Translations under genes and position numbers: made by a program
Shown: in pieces, positions 62,701 through 64,000 of the stretch
Layout of the letters: every line of letters begins with the position of its first letter
Position numbering within the stretch: position 1 is the stretch's first letter
Notes under the pieces: generated by a model
Told to the model about the DNA's origin: nothing
Databases searched by the model: none
Seen by the model: only the letters and a program-made list of their open reading frames with translations
Assembly (NCBI GenBank): GCA_977017575.1
Contig: CDRNVI010000200.1
Coordinates: 1 to 64,000 of the forward strand
Length of the DNA: 64,000 nucleotides
Reading direction: 5' to 3'
Source: Paramoeba atlantica
Taxonomy: Eukaryota > Protista > Discosea

Positions 62701-64000
62701 AAAAAAAGAAAAGAAAAAGAAAAAACTAAAGAAACTAAAGAAAAAAAAAAGAACTGAGATAATGTCTAAACATTCAAAAAAAATTCAAAAATTCAAAAAG
62801 AAGAACCTCTTTTGTAGATAGTTTACAAAGAGCACGAAAGATGAGAAAACAATCATGAAAAATAACATCTGAGTCATCATTTTGCAATAAATCAGGCATT
62901 GGAGTAACAGTCAATTCTGGAGATATCTCAGGTATTTTTTTTTGGTTCAATTTTAATGGAGATAATGATCGAGATCCGGATCTTGGAGAAGAGAGAGGTG
63001 AAGAGATTGGCGAAGAGACAGGAGAAGAGATTGGAGACAAGGGAGGAGACATCGCGAGAGAAGAGAGTTCATCTTCCCCGTTTTCTTCTTCACCATCCTC
63101 ATCTCCAGGTACTTTGGGTTCTTTAGGCTTTTTCTTTTCTGCTGCTTCCTTATTTTCATCCTTTTCTTCTTTGTTTTCTCCCTCTTTGTCTTCACTTTTG
63201 GTTTCTTCTTCTTCTTTTTCTTCTTTTGTTTTGAAGAGCCCCAAAGACTGAAACACACTATCAACAACAGACTTTGCCAAAGCAGCTGCTTGCTTTCCCT
63301 CTTCACTTTCTTCTTCTGATTCATCCTCCATGTTAACCTTCAGTTCACCTGTACAAACAGTTTCCATCCGAGCAAAAATAATATTGAGAATCTGTGTAAG
63401 TGTGGCTTTGGATGTTGTTTGATTCACTGGGTTTCGAGACATCAAATAAATGTTGTAGCATGTCCTAACTGCAATCATGAGAGTTTCTGAGTGAACCCCA
63501 CAAGATGGTGTTGTGACTGATGTTAAGAGTGCTGTTGATAAAATTCAGTGATGATGAGTTTTTTGTTTTGAAGAATTTCATTTTCCTCCTTAAAAAAAAG
63601 GGAAGAAAAGAAAAGGAAAAAAAAAAACCTTTGATAATTTGGAGTTGGACAGCGTCATCAGGAAAATCAAAACATGAACTCACGGTTTCAACAACTGTTT
63701 CAATCAATTTTTTCCCTCTTTTCTCACCAGACATATCAGGTAATTCTCCTCTGATAAATCCATAGGCCATCAATTTCTGGAAAAGTATTTTTGAATTTGG
63801 GATTAATTCAAAAGAATTAATTGATTCGAAAAAAAAAATAACAAGAAGAAAAATCAAATGAGAAAGTGATTGAAAAAACCTGTAAAGAATCTAAAGAAGC
63901 ACACATAATATCAGGGACAGAAGATTGGCAACCGAGACGAAGAGCAGAAACAGAAACATTCGCAAGTGTGATCAGTTCGGTTTGGCTTAATGGTGCTTTT
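53023..64000 (-). CDS. BIG/Sec7-family large ARF guanine-nucleotide exchange factor (5' end outside the window)
   Basis: DCB ([37 protein letters not shown]), HUS (LNYDCD...VFERMVN.LS), Sec7 ([41 protein letters not shown]), HDS ([32 protein letters not shown]); stop TAA at 53023-53025. Confidence 0.95.

Overview
Left end of a linear chromosome from an AT-rich, intron-rich eukaryote using the standard genetic code. It is probably a protist; an amoebozoan is my guess and cannot be confirmed here. Bases 1-635 are a (CCCTAAA)n telomere. About 0.6-26.9 kb is a subtelomeric graveyard containing a frameshifted DDE transposase, decayed exon/intron duplications, minisatellites, a 5'-truncated CRE-like (RLE) LINE with poly(A), a MITE inside a 90-bp satellite, and an interstitial telomeric tract. 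About 26.9-29.9 kb is a 3'-truncated Ty3/gypsy LTR element (gag-protease-dUTPase-like) abutting an ankyrin gene. From 30 kb on, the window holds compact spliced genes: ankyrin, exostosin/GT47, an in-frame H2B-H2A.Z histone doublet, glutaminyl cyclase, a CX5R phosphatase, a membrane protein, an M28 aminopeptidase, a Clu-TPR-RA-RasGEF fusion and a BIG/Sec7 ARF-GEF that runs off the window. The standout candidate is the spliced single-chain H2B-H2A.Z gene. A second theme is strong CpG-to-TpG/CpA decay in the repeats but not in the intact genes. Most short ORFs in the supplied track are artefacts of pyrimidine/purine microsatellites. All gene models and family assignments were made by eye, without database searches.
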